Shown: positions 21,279-32,609, counted from the stretch's first letter. The stretch is DNA of 34,917 nt from Octopus sinensis (GCF_006345805.1 NW_021829907.1:1-34917); one strand, 5' to 3'. Notes: generated by a model from the letters alone, not told the origin. Made by a program: numbers and translations.

Positions 21279-21540
21279 ATCACCGCGATCACCGTGACCG
21301 ACCAGGCTATCAGATGTTGCTACATATCGCTGGTCACAATGCGCTTCGCATTGTTTTAGCCTTCAAATGACGCCATCCCACTGGCTAAGCGAGCAGGCCA
21401 ACAGAAGAAAGTTCTGACGAAAGAGTACAGCAGGGATCGTCACCATCCCCTGTCGGAGCCTCGTGGAGCTTTAGGTGTTTTCGCTCACAATGCCCGGTCT
21501 GGGAATTGAAACCGCGAGTCCGCTGCCATTGCGCCTCCAC
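21279..21540 (-). mobile_element. SINE head C + tail Y
   Basis: Same head as 20645; tail ...AGCCTGGTCGGTCACGGTGAT running into (TA)n. Confidence 0.85.
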
Positions 21541-21582
21541 ACACACACACACACACATATATATATGTTTGTATGTATGTAT

Positions 21583-22022
21583 CATCATCATCATCATCAT
21601 CGATTAACGTCTGCCTTCCATGCTGGCATGGGTTGGATGGTTTGACTGAGGACTGGTGAACCAGAGGCTGCACCAGGCTCCAGTCTGACCTGGCAGAGTT
21701 TCTACAGCTTGATGCCCTTTCTAACGCCAACCACTCCGAGAGTGTAGTGGGTGCATTTTACGTTCCACTGGCACAAGTGCCAATCAGGTGGAACTGTCAT
21801 CAGCCACATCAGCAATTTTGGTTGGTTTACATTTGCCTCGATAGGTCTTAGCAAGCAAAGTTCATTGTCCAATGAAAGAGGGGTACTCATAAGTGGACCG
21901 GTTACACCCCATGCTTGGATGTGCTTTTAATGTTCCACTGGCACTCGTGCCAATCAGGCGGTACTGTCGTTGGCCGTGTCAGCAATTTTGATTTTGATTT
22001 CACTTGCCTCAGTAGGTATTGA
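21583..22022 (-). mobile_element. Retroposon family D
   Basis: (CAT)n + CGATTAACGTCTGCCTTCCATGCTGGCATGGG...; colinear with the 10087 copy. Confidence 0.8.
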
Positions 22023-22122
22023 AAAGCAATATAGTTAATCCAAACAAGAAAGCACAAAAAACACAACAACACAAGGACGTGGAACAAATATAGTATTATT
22101 GGACGGTCAGGAAAGAAGGAGG

Positions 22123-22157
22123 GTTTAACGTTTCGAGTGGAGCTCATCATCAGAAAC
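22123..22157 (-). ncRNA. Minimal type-I hammerhead-like motif
   Basis: Minus strand GTTT-CTGATGA-T-GAG-CTCCA-CTC-GAAA-CG-TT-AAAC: 4-bp stem I, 3-bp stem II, palindromic AACGTT stem III. Confidence 0.55.
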
Positions 22158-22221
22158 ATAGGAGAAGGAAAGATCCAGAGAAGGGAAGACAGAGGAAAAA
22201 ATCGATATGTGTGTGTATGTG

Positions 22222-22316
<95 letters not shown>

Positions 22317-22654
22317 ATATGTATGTATGTATGTGTGTATGTTACATTAACATTGTCTATATTTAGTCCTGGGCGTATCTTACCAGGACACGGTGACTAA
22401 GCGGTGGACGCGGTTTACTGACCATGAGCTTTGTTTACTGCAGAAGTGACATGCTACCATCATGATGCGATGGATGTTGGAAGGAGACTGAAGCAAAGAC
22501 CAAGGAAGACGTGGCGCAGTATGTTCTGGGTTCTGGGACGACATGATGGTGTTGGTAGTTGGCCCAAGTGGAGCCAGGGAGAAGGCGAGCAATCAGGAAG
22601 TCTGGAGGAGGTTCGTTGCCCCTTGAGCTCACAGCACTGCGGTATCTGAGCGCT

Positions 22655-23085
22655 TTTGTCGTTTTCCCAGGGCGGCGAACTGGCAGAAACGTTAGGATGC
22701 CGGGCGAAATGCGTAGTGGTATTTTGTCTGCTGTTACGTTCTGAGTTCAAATTCCGCCGAGGTCGACTTTGCCCTTCATCCTTTCGGGGTCGATTAAATA
22801 AATACCAGTTACGTACTGGGGTCGATGTAATCAACTTGATCCGTTTGTCTGTCCTTGTTTGTCCTCTCCGTGTTTAGCCCCTTGTGGGTAGTAAAGAAAT
22901 AGGTATTTCGTCTGCCGTTACGTTCTGAGTTCAAATTCCGCCGAGGTCGACTTTGCCCTTCATCCTTTCGGGGTCGATAAAATAAATACCAGTTACACAC
23001 TGGGGTCGATATAATCGACTTGATCCATTTGTCTGTCCTTGTTTGTCCTCTCCGTGTTTAGCCCCTTGTGGGTAGTAAAGAAATA
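22655..23085 (+). mobile_element. Family B SINE, tandem 1.8-mer, with 14-bp TSD
   Basis: TSD GGTATCTGAGCGCT at 22641-22654 and 23086-23099. The body repeats from ATTTCGTCTG onward at ~22908. Confidence 0.9.
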
Positions 23086-23099
23086 GGTATCTGAGCGCT

Positions 23100-23426
23100 A
23101 CGAGATAAGAGTTAAGAGCTAAATTCATAAATTATCTTTGCAGCTTCTACAATTTTATTGTATTGTTCAGATATGTTGAGCGCAACCAATGGAACCAACG
23201 CGGAAGTCACTAGTGCAGTGGTGGGGTGGCACCCCGGGTGGAACTTTTGGCTGTACTGTAGGCAATATGTGTTTTTCTGTGGGGTCTGCGGGTGGCACAC
23301 GCCATGGCGGAAGTGTTCTGATTTTTCTAAAAAAATTGTTTTCCAATAAACTCTACTGAATTATTTTAATTTCTCATTTCTTTTTGTCAACTTTTCAAAT
23401 TGTAACGCTAATTAGTGGACACCCTG
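23100..23426. mobile_element. Possible Tc1/mariner terminal region
   Basis: Ends GTGGACACCCTG|TA, the same CAGGGTGTCC terminus type as the 19885 MITE. The other end was not found. Confidence 0.4.
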
Positions 23427-23442
23427 TATATATATGTATATA

Positions 23443-24059
23443 CGAGGGGGTGGGGCTGAAAAGTTCCAGGCTTTAAGGGTGGCGCGAAAGGTCTGGTTGG
23501 AGGCCCAGCATCCCAGGGTCTTTTACAGGGCTCAGAAAAACTGAAGGACCGTTGCAATAAGTGTGTGAATCTGAGAGGGAATATCTTTATATATAAAAGT
23601 GAAGTTGTGTGTCTGTCTCCTACGATTTAGATTCCTAACTACTCCCACATTTTGCGGTGCAGTTTAACCAAAAGCGGGTATCTTATAGTCGTGATTCATA
23701 TCGAGCCCTTCAGGGTATTAGCGCGCGTCTACGATGAGTCTACGATTAAAAAAAAATTTACCATCATTTTTTTCCATTTTAATGCATTTTTTCGCTGTTA
23801 TATAAGGGAAGTAACTCTCTAAAAATGTCTACGATGAGTCAACGATTTAAAAAAAATTTACCATAATTTTTTTCCCATTATTAATGCATTTTTTTGCTAA
23901 TTTTTGGCTATAACTCTCTAAAAATGCTTATATAGTTATTTCCCTTACAAACCCGAGCAACGCCGGGCGATACTGCTAGTCTTGTATAAAATCATAATTA
24001 ACTGATCCACCTGTATTTTTTTTTTTGCCCAAAGCCAGGAACTTTTCGGTATCCCCTCG
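23443..24059 (+). mobile_element. mariner-derived MITE interrupted by a Helitron
   Basis: TA|CGAGGGGG..GAAAAGTTCCAGGCTTT ... AAAGCCAGGAACTTTTC..CCCCTCG|TA; internal QGSEKLKDRCNKCVNLRG resembles the mariner transposase C-terminus. Confidence 0.85.
23584..23979 (+). mobile_element. Non-autonomous Helitron
   Basis: A|TC...CTAG|T ends, no TSD, CCCG(AGCAACGC)CGGG hairpin at 23952-23967. A sister copy lies at 28213-28602. Confidence 0.88.
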
Positions 24060-24272
24060 TATCTTGTGTGACAGTGAGATATCTGCTGTATGAGGTAGAG
24101 CTTCACATAGATTGTCATCCTGTCAGCCTTCAGCGTGGTGGTCGTCTGCAACTGTCCTTAGCAGTCTGGCTAATTATACTTAGGATATCTGGCAAACAAT
24201 TAAGATAAAAACAGGTGTAAATTGTTAGTACGTAAGAACTAATCATTTGTATTTGTTTATCTTAATTTTCCA

Positions 24273-24273
24273 C

Positions 24274-24305
<32 letters not shown>

Positions 24306-24439
24306 TGTGTGTGTGCATGTGAATGTGTGCGTGTGTGAATATGTGTGTGCGTACGTGTGTGAATGCGTGTGCTTGTGTATATGTGTGTGTGCATGTGTGA
24401 ATGTGCATGCGTGTGTGTGTGGTGTGTGTGTGTGTGTGT
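24273..24439. repeat. (GT)n compound microsatellite
   Basis: Imperfect GT/GAAT/GCGT repeats. Confidence 0.95.
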
Positions 24440-25225
24440 ATTTTTCTTTTTACTTATTTTAGTCATTGAACTGCGGCCATGCTGGGGCACCACCTCGAAG
24501 GATTTTAGTTGAACAAATTGATCCCAGTTCTTAGATTTGAAACATAGTACTTTTTTTTTTTCATCGTTCTCTTTTGCCGAACCGCTAAGTTACAAGGACG
24601 TAAACAAAGTGACATCGGTTGCTAAGTGGTAGTGGTGGACGAAAAGCACAAACTCATTGACACATATATGAGATGGTTTTCTTTCAGTTTCCGTCTAGCA
24701 AATCCACTCACAAGGCTTTGGTTATCCCAGGGCTACAGAAGAAGACAATTGCTAAAGGTGCCACACAGTGGATTTGAACAGAGAACCATGTGGTATCTAT
24801 AGTTATTTTTCCCACAGGTCATCCTCTGATGCCCCTGGGTACATCGCTTTTTTATTACTTGTTTCAGTCTATTAGTCTGCGGTCATGCTGGGGCACCGTC
24901 TTGAAGAATTTTTTGAAGTCGAATGAATCGATTCCAGTACTTTTTTCGTAAACCTGGTACTTAGTCTATTGATCTCTTTTGCTGAACCGCTATGTTACGG
25001 GTGACGTAAACATACCAACACTGGTTGTGAAGTGGTATTAGGACATACATACATACATACATACAAACACACATACATATATATATACATATATACGAGG
25101 AGCTTCTTTCAGTTTCCGTCTACCAAAATCCACTCACAAGGCTTTGGTCGGCCCGAGGCTATCATAGAAAACACTAGCCCAAGGTGCCACACAATGAGAC
25201 TACACCCGGAACTCTGTGGTTGGGA
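24440..25225 (-). mobile_element. Two diverged family A SINE copies (~24440-24790 and ~24850-25225)
   Basis: Each has CTGCGG[CT]CATGCTGGGGCACC...GAACCGCTA...TTTCAGTTTCCGTCTA...AATCCACTCACAAGGCTTTGG. Confidence 0.8.
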
Positions 25226-25519
25226 AGCAATTTTCACACACACACACACGCACACACACATGTCGTTTCAGTCTACCAAATTTTAGTCACAAGGTTTTCC
25301 TCAGTTCGTGGCTTCAGAAGAAATCAATTTCTACAAAGAACCTTGTTCCAGTATCCAATCTGAAACCACGTAATTACGAAGAGAACTTCTTAACGGCATG
25401 TCTATCCTGTGTCTACATGTCTCTGAACAAGAATCAACCATTATTATTTCAAATGAAATCATTTAAACGGATTTTTATTGAAACTGAATCCCATTCACCA
25501 ACTCACCCTGGAAGCAAAG

Positions 25520-25830
25520 TTCTCCCGATGCTCAGAAGCCTTGGACTGGCTGCGAAGGAGAGAAAATAGCTTGCAAGAAAATTGTCAGATGCTGCTGAGA
25601 AAGCAAGACATTATATCTGGTTCAAGAGAGAATGAGTGATGCAGCAAGAACGAGCATTGAGCATGGTAGAAACATCAGGCCCAGGGTCACAAAATCTAAC
25701 TCAACAAAGCTCGTGCTCTTGTTAGGGAGTTTTGTCGCATACATCAGTGGTGGACGATGCCATGTAGCTCTGGTGTCACAGTGGAAAGGACTGAAACCCC
25801 TAAAGAGCTGCTTCACTGGTTGGTGAGACA
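25520..25830 (+). mobile_element. R2-superfamily (HERO-like) non-LTR retrotransposon 3' remnant
   Basis: MLRSLGLAAKERK*LARKLSDAAEKARHYIWFKRE* resembles the LG...aaE+AS.W(L/I)W.KR end of restriction-like-endonuclease LINEs. One in-frame stop. Confidence 0.55.
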
Positions 25831-26607
25831 TCGAACCCTGCATTCAGAGACGGAGTACAGCATCACTGGCGGAACGCTATATCCGCCAACAAGGGGCTAC
25901 AATGGATGAGACGATTCGTCTCCCTTCCGCGAGAGTTATCCTCAGGCGCTTGAGGTGACCAAGAAGAAGAAGCACCCCCGCCCCCAGCGTACAGGTGTTT
26001 ACTTAATATATGCGATCAGAAGTCAAGGTGAAAAGATTACGGGATTATATCTATATAAAATCTTACACAACCTTTCTTCTCCTCACTACACACACACACA
26101 CAAATGTCCCCTCTTTGATTGTTCCTGTAAGTGTATCTGTCTGGTTTTTCTGGCTATAGTAGAAGACACTTGCCCAAGGTGCCACGCAGTGGAACTGAAC
26201 CCGGAACCATGTGGTTCATAAGCAAGCTTCTTACCACACAGCCATTCCTACGCCTATACGAACTATATCGAACTTATTATTGATGTGGGCACTCCAGCTG
26301 AGATTGTTGTCAACAATTACTCCTAGCTCTCTCTAATATTACTAGATGCTCTGGTATTATTTACATAACCAGGTGTTTCATTTTAATTTCATGACGAGTG
26401 GAATTATACAGTATAGTCGTTAACCACTACACTAGAAGCGGACTGGAAACACGAAAATCTACGTGGAGCGCTACATCAAAGCTTCCAACATACTCTCGGT
26501 AGAATGATACACAGCTAAAGGGAAGTAATTCATGGAGGAACTGCTTCAATTGTTATTTCCCTTGCCTTAGACTTGCTCCCATAGAAGTTTTGAACCGCTT
26601 ACTTCTA

Positions 26608-27024
26608 TCTATCTATCTGCTCAGTCGAAGTCGACTCTCGGTCACTCGTTGGATCAGTGTCCTCCAGTCAGTTCTATCCTGGGCCGCTTCTTTCAGATTG
26701 GCTATGTCCATTCCGGTATCATTCTTGATGGTGTCAAGCCAGCGGGTTCTTGGTCGGCCTCTTCCTCTCTTGCCACTGACCATTCCGAGCATGATGTCCT
26801 TCTCCAGGGATTTTCTCCGCATAATATGTCCGAAATATGCCAATCTATGCTTGGTGATCCTAGCTTCTAGCAACAGATTCGGCTTGATCTGGTTAAGAAC
26901 TTCTCCATTGGTGAGCCTCGCTGTCCATGGAATCCGCAAAAGTCTTCTCCAACACCAAAGCTCGAATGCATTAATTCTCTTCTGGTCAGCTTTCTTTAGT
27001 GTCCAGGTCTCGCATCCATATGTT
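26608..27024 (-). mobile_element. RTE (BovB-like) LINE, 5'-truncated, with 11-bp TSD
   Basis: Intact frame TYGCETWTLKKADQKRINAFELWCWRRLLRIPWTAR...YFGHIMRR...GKRGRGRPRTRWLD; TSD GCTTACTTCTA at 26597-26607 and 27025-27035; (TAGA)n tail. Confidence 0.92.
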
Positions 27025-27039
27025 GCTTACTTCTACACA

Positions 27040-27175
27040 TATATAATATATATAATATGCACCTTATTTATTATATTATGTATATATATATATATATATG
27101 TATATTTATATATATAATAATATATATCATATATATATATATTATATATATATATTATATACATATAATATATAT

Positions 27176-27235
<60 letters not shown>

Positions 27236-27369
27236 TATATAGATGATATATATATATATATGTTATATATATATATATATCATATAATATATATAGATAC
27301 ATACATATATATATATATATTATATATATATATATGTAGTGTATATATATATATATATGTATATATATC

Positions 27370-27405
<36 letters not shown>

Positions 27406-27415
27406 CATACATATA

Positions 27416-27464
<49 letters not shown>

Positions 27465-27530
27465 ATATTATATTACATACATATATATATATATATATAC
27501 TACATATAATATATATATTATACATACATA

Positions 27531-27573
<43 letters not shown>

Positions 27574-27580
27574 ATATATA
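27040..27580. repeat. ~540-bp imperfect (TA)n microsatellite
   Basis: Direct inspection. Confidence 0.97.
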
Positions 27581-27643
27581 ATGTTGTTGTTGTATTTGGG
27601 GATGGTCATGTTGCCAGTTTAGCTAATGAAAGCACACGCACTT

Positions 27644-28099
27644 TTAGGCTATGGAGATACCGAAAATTTTCAAAAATCGCATCTTCAAAATTTCACCTCC
27701 CCCTCATTTCTTAATTTTTTTCACTTTTTCCGGAATTCTTTTTCTTTCTTTTGCAAAATACGTACAAAAATACGGAGATTATGATTCTGAAAAAATAATT
27801 GTTTGTAAAATTTCAATTTCTCAAAAAAAGAAAACAAAAAATTTTACCCCAACCCCCAGCTCTCTCGATTCTACGGCATTGGCTTTCAAGCAGGCTATTC
27901 GCATGCTAGAAACAACAGCCAAATCTCACAAAACTGTGATGACTTAATGAAGGAAATGTGTAATCAATCTATTCACCTTTCTGCAAAGATTTCTTTCAGA
28001 GTAATTTCCTCGCAGTAATATGGGGTGGGAGTGGGGGTGAAATTTTGAAGTTGCAATTTTTGAAATTTTTTTTTCAGAATTGGAATCTCCATGGCCTAA
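27644..28099. mobile_element. MITE-like element with ~55-bp imperfect inverted termini
   Basis: TTAGGCTATGGAGAT..TTTCAAAAATCGCATCTTCAAAATTTCACC versus GGTGAAATTTTGAAGTTGCAATTTTTGAAA..ATCTCCATGGCCTAA. Confidence 0.65.
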
Positions 28100-28212
28100 A
28101 ACATGGGATTCCATAAAAAAAGATTTTTTTGTCTTTAAGCGGGGAAGGGTTCCATTTACATCTCTGCCATGTGAACCTTCAAGTTTTCTATTCAGGCTAG
28201 TTTTATCTTCTA

Positions 28213-28602
28213 CTAGCACGATCGCCCGGCGTTGCTCGGGTTTGTAAGGGAAATAACTATAAAGCATTTTTAGAGAGTCATAGCCAAAAAATAGCAAAAA
28301 AATGCATTAAAAATGGAAAAAATATGATAGTAAATTTTTTTTTTAAATCGTTGACTCATCGCAGACATTTTTAGAGAGTTACTTCCCTTTAAAAAAATAT
28401 GCATTAAAATGGAAAAAATGATGGTAAATTATTTTTAAAATTGTAGACTCATCGTAGACGCACGCTAATACCCAGAAGGGCTCCATATGAATCACGACTA
28501 TAAGATACCCGAATTTGGTTAAACTGTACTGCAAAATGTGGGAGTAGTTAGGAATCTAAATCGGAGTGGACAGACACACAACTTGACTTTTATATATAAA
28601 GA
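28213..28602 (-). mobile_element. Non-autonomous Helitron, same family as 23584-23979
   Basis: Minus strand A|TC...CCCGAGCAACGCCGGG...CTAG|T. Confidence 0.88.
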
Positions 28603-28851
28603 TTACGTGTGTAGCTTCCGTGATTTGTCCAAGCGTTGCATCTGTTCTATGTGTGGACAAGATTTTAAGATTGTTGAGTGAGAGCCTCCGTGTTCCTGCT
28701 CGGCGCGCTGCTACAGAACCGTTGAGCTTTTCTCTTCCTTAAGTTCCCTCCAGTGCTTATTTACCCGCTCTCCTATGCTCCGTACCGTCTCCCCTACGCA
28801 GGCCGTTGTCTTCTTACTGCCCCGTCCCTCTGTACATCTTATACTGTAGAC

Positions 28852-29067
28852 CAGTGCTTTTCAAACTTTTTGCTGGAGCGGAACCCCAAGGAAACATTCC
28901 ACTGGGTCGAGGAACCCCTGTGCAATAATTTAATAGTCTTATGCACACATATCTGCACAGGAGAATTAAAAATTATTGCCGATTTTAGCAGTTTTGTAAC
29001 TTCTTGCGGAACCCCTGGACTGTACTGGAACCCTAAGGTTCCGCGGAACCCTGGTTGAAAACCACTG
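28852..29067. mobile_element. hAT (Charlie-type) MITE
   Basis: CAGTGCTTTTCAA...TTGAAAACCACTG with 8-bp TSD CTGTAGAC/CTATAGAC (7/8 match). Confidence 0.85.
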
Positions 29068-29424
29068 CTATAGACAATATTCCTAGCTTTACAGTTTGTT
29101 TGTGGGCTAAATCTACATATAATAGAGTTCCTATCATTTCTGGAGTAATGTCTTCTCACAATTTCACGTCATTTATATTCCCGTTGCTATTCCTATTCAA
29201 AATTAATTCTCGTGTAAACGGACAGGGCAATGCCATTATGTCTCTAAGCCGGGAAAAGCCCGAAGGCCACCCAATGCAGTCTCCTATCACGTTTGCACTT
29301 TACTTATTGTCTCATGGCAATGACCCTTTAGCTTCAGTTTATTTTGGGAAACCCTGTGAAGTCACAATGGATTAGATCCTATTTATTTATTTATTTATTT
29401 ATTCCTTTTCTATTTTCTCTCCAT

Positions 29425-29900
29425 AAAGCTTTGTAGTGACGCGAAAGATGTTCAAGATTTCTGAGAGAATTTCATGGTACACATCGTAACTGGTATCTTC
29501 GTTCATGTGAGAGAACCGATGGAATGTTTGGCGAAGGCTCTCATGGTTGATGAGTCCACAAACTTTTTTACATTTATTTTTCCCACATTTTTTGTCGTTT
29601 TCCCAAGAGACTGGTTTTGCTGAACTTCCATCGTCATACTCTGACTGTCAACCAACTTTGAAAAGCTGGTGTGACTCATAAACCTGTGTATCATCTCAAA
29701 ACAAAAAAACCCTTCACAGAAGACTGGCGGAGTATTTCAAGGTTTTTGGCAGTTGATTTTTCCGAGCTTCATACGAAATTTGATGCAAGAAAATTGCATA
29801 GATTTTCGAGCCATCGTAAAACTCGTAGTGCTGTTTTCTAACACATTATGTGCAGGGATGCGTGTATGTCCTATAACGAAGATGAGCAAATTAAGGAAAT
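29425..29900 (-). pseudogene. mariner transposase N-terminal remnant, frameshifted
   Basis: Minus-strand fragments IKFRMKLGK / TAKNLEILRQ / HEILSEILNIFRVTTK resemble mariner HTH-region motifs. Confidence 0.65.
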
Positions 29901-30155
29901 GGAAAAAATAAATACCACGTGAGATCAAAATGAACTAGCAAGCGATGATTTAATCTCCGTTATAAAATACGATTGCCATACATGAAATAAAATAAATATA
30001 ACAGGTTACAACAAAGATGTATGAGAGACTTCGTGGTTAGGGCTGGTGTGTAGAGGCAGCCGTTGGTCTGTTGGTCGTGTGATGTTCGTACAGCAACGAT
30101 GTAGACGGGAGTCTGGTGGAGGTGAAAGCGGAGACTGGCTGGTGTCAGATATATC

Positions 30156-30387
30156 TATTTCATTATTACCCACAAGGGGCTAAACACAGAGCGGACAAAC
30201 AAGGACAGACATAGGTATTAAGTCGATTACATCGACTCAGTGCGTAACTGGTACTTAATTTATTGACCCCGAAAGGATGAAAGGCAAAGTCGACCTCGGC
30301 GGAAATTGAACTCAGAACGTAACGGCAGACGAAATACGGCTACGCATTCCCCCCAGCGTGCTAACGTTTCTGCCAGCTCACCGCCTT
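30156..30387 (-). mobile_element. Family B SINE with perfect 16-bp TSD
   Basis: TSD TGGTGTCAGATATATC at 30140-30155 and 30388-30403. Confidence 0.92.
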
Positions 30388-30972
30388 TGGTGTCAGATAT
30401 ATCGTTGTCGGAGACGAGTTGCGTGTGATCAGTGGCGTGTGCGAAAGAGCAGTCAAGTACTGTTGTTCTTACGGAGATCAACAGGCTCCCAGAGCTGGTG
30501 ATTAATTTCCAGCGTAGGGAAAGACAAACTGTTGGGCCAACACGATTGGACGGCTAGGAACCAAGCAATACGAACAACAAGCTCAGCTAATCATAAGGTT
30601 ATGTGACCTGCTGGAAAGAAAAAGCTTGTGGAGCCGATATCCAGGTATTTAAGCCGAAACAACCCAAAACGAAAACATCCCACACATAATGACAGTGTAA
30701 ATCACTTCTGCTACAGTCCACGAGTTCTTCTAGTCCCGGTAGAGTGAAGATGGATCTTTTCACTGTGACCGGCAGATTTTTAAAATAATTTCTTTGTAAC
30801 TAAACACTTTTAAACTTCGTATACTGGTAGAATGTGTTCATAAAACATCTTTTTCTCTTGGCTTTCTTGAGAAAATTCTGTAGTTTGTAAGCTATTTGTT
30901 GTTTAATTTCTTGCATTTCAGCAATTTCGACCAATCAATGACGTCTATTGAGGTGAATACAATTTCTGCCGT

Positions 30973-31154
30973 AGTGAGAGAAAGTTGGGGGCGAAAGAGT
31001 ACAACGGGGTCACCACCACCCCGTGCCAGAGCCTCGTGGAGCTTTAGGTGTTTTCGCTCAATAAACACACTCACAACGCCCAGTCTAGGAATCGAAACTG
31101 CGATCCTCCGGCCGCGAGTCCGCTGCTCTAACCACTGGGCCATTGCACCTCCAC
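30973..31154 (-). mobile_element. SINE head C fragment
   Basis: Matches the head of the 20645, 21540 and 33681 copies. Confidence 0.82.
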
Positions 31155-31157
31155 AAA

Positions 31158-31393
31158 ATTATTTTAACCTTTGAAATAATGGTTTCAAATTTTGGCACAA
31201 GGCCAGCAATTTTGGGGCAAAAGGCAATTCGATTACATCAACCCCAGTATTCAACTGGTACTTATGTTATCGACCCCAAAAGGATTGAAAGGTAAATTCG
31301 ACCTCGGTGGAATTTGAACTTAGAATGTGAAGACGGACGAAATGCTGCTAAGCATTTTGCCTGGCGCATTAACCATTCTGTCAGCTCTCCGCC
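31158..31393 (-). mobile_element. Diverged family B-type SINE
   Basis: GGCGGAGAGCTGACAGAA...AAGTTCAAATTCCACCGAGGTCGAA. Confidence 0.75.
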
Positions 31394-31835
31394 ATAACCT
31401 TTCAAGTAATGCCCTGAGTTACAAGACCTTAACTTCAGTCCCTTCAAAGCACGTGCATTCACTTTTCTAATTCTCCAAATACGCAGACATCACGTAATCC
31501 ATGACATATGATTGATTTTGATAAAGTTTTTATTTGCTATCCGCATATATGACATCTTCACTAAATCCATCCGACAGATGTTGCATAGACGTGTGTACAT
31601 AGACGTGTTTATATGTTCCAGTATATGTATATATATGTATATGACGAATGGTATATTTACTTGTTTAATTGTGTTTATTTATGTATTTTTACACATGTAA
31701 AAGTATATACACTCTGCTTATGTATGTATATGTCTATATGGACATTTGTTCATATTTTTCTTATATATATTAAATAATACGTGTATCATGTTTCATGTAT
31801 TAATATTAATATTTTTATTAATAAGTTCGTTATAA

Positions 31836-31967
31836 CCTCTGACGAGGCCTATGGTTATATGTATAAGTACCCTATTTCTAAATGCCTACAACCTCAATAT
31901 ATTGACAACTATAGGCAATAAAAATTTAAATAACTACTTTTATCCATAGGCTGAAACAGCTGTAAGG
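31836..31967 (+). ncRNA. Minimal type-I hammerhead ribozyme with ~90-nt loop II insertion, probably from a Penelope-like element
   Basis: CCT-CTGACGA-GGCCTATGG...CCATAGGCT-GAAA-C-AGCT-GTA|AGG: conserved core, 9-bp stem II, palindromic stem III, 3-bp stem I, predicted cleavage after 31964. Confidence 0.7.
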
Positions 31968-32159
31968 AGTGATTTTAATGATTTCAATAATTTATTATGA
32001 TTTTTTTATAATTTGTATTCTTATCTTATATGTATTGAACTATAAGATATATATGTATGCTATTAAGGTTCTCATTTTGTTAAATGAATAAATAATTCAA
32101 CATTCTAATATCCGAAAGTTGATGAACAAACTAATTTGTTTCTCCATTTTCTTATTTGT

Positions 32160-32168
32160 ATTATATAT

Positions 32169-32224
<56 letters not shown>

Positions 32225-32231
32225 TAATATA

Positions 32232-32265
<34 letters not shown>

Positions 32266-32310
32266 CTATATAGAATATTATATTATATATATATAATATA
32301 TATATTTAAA
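32160..32310. repeat. (TA)n microsatellite
   Basis: Direct inspection. Confidence 0.95.
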
Positions 32311-32480
32311 CATATACATTATATCTATCAAGAGATAGAAATTAAAAGAGGTAAAAGTGTTATTGAGACCCAAAGGTGTCAGGTAATGCTGAATAAGTGC
32401 TATAGACAGACCCTAGTTAAGTTCCAGGTTCGGTAATTTTGCAAATAAGGGGTTCAACGTTGGTCATATATCAGCGTGTG

Positions 32481-32609
32481 TATATAAGAATTTTTTGTGT
32501 GATGAGATAAAATAACCAAGGCTGTGTAGATATTATAATACCTATAAATAAATGTTCTAATATTTACACAGCTTTGGTTTTTATCACATTACGCAAAATT
32601 TCTTATATA
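32481..32609. mobile_element. Foldback/MITE-like element with ~50-bp imperfect inverted arms
   Basis: TATATAAGAATTTTTTGTGTGATG..AACCAAGGCTGTGTAGATATT versus AATATTTACACAGCTTTGGTT..AAAATTTCTTATATA. Confidence 0.7.

Noticed and set aside
27033-27622. YI-repeat ORFs, and HT/CV-repeat ORFs at 24247-24493 and 34040-34489
   Set aside because: Translations of (TA)n and (CA)n microsatellites.
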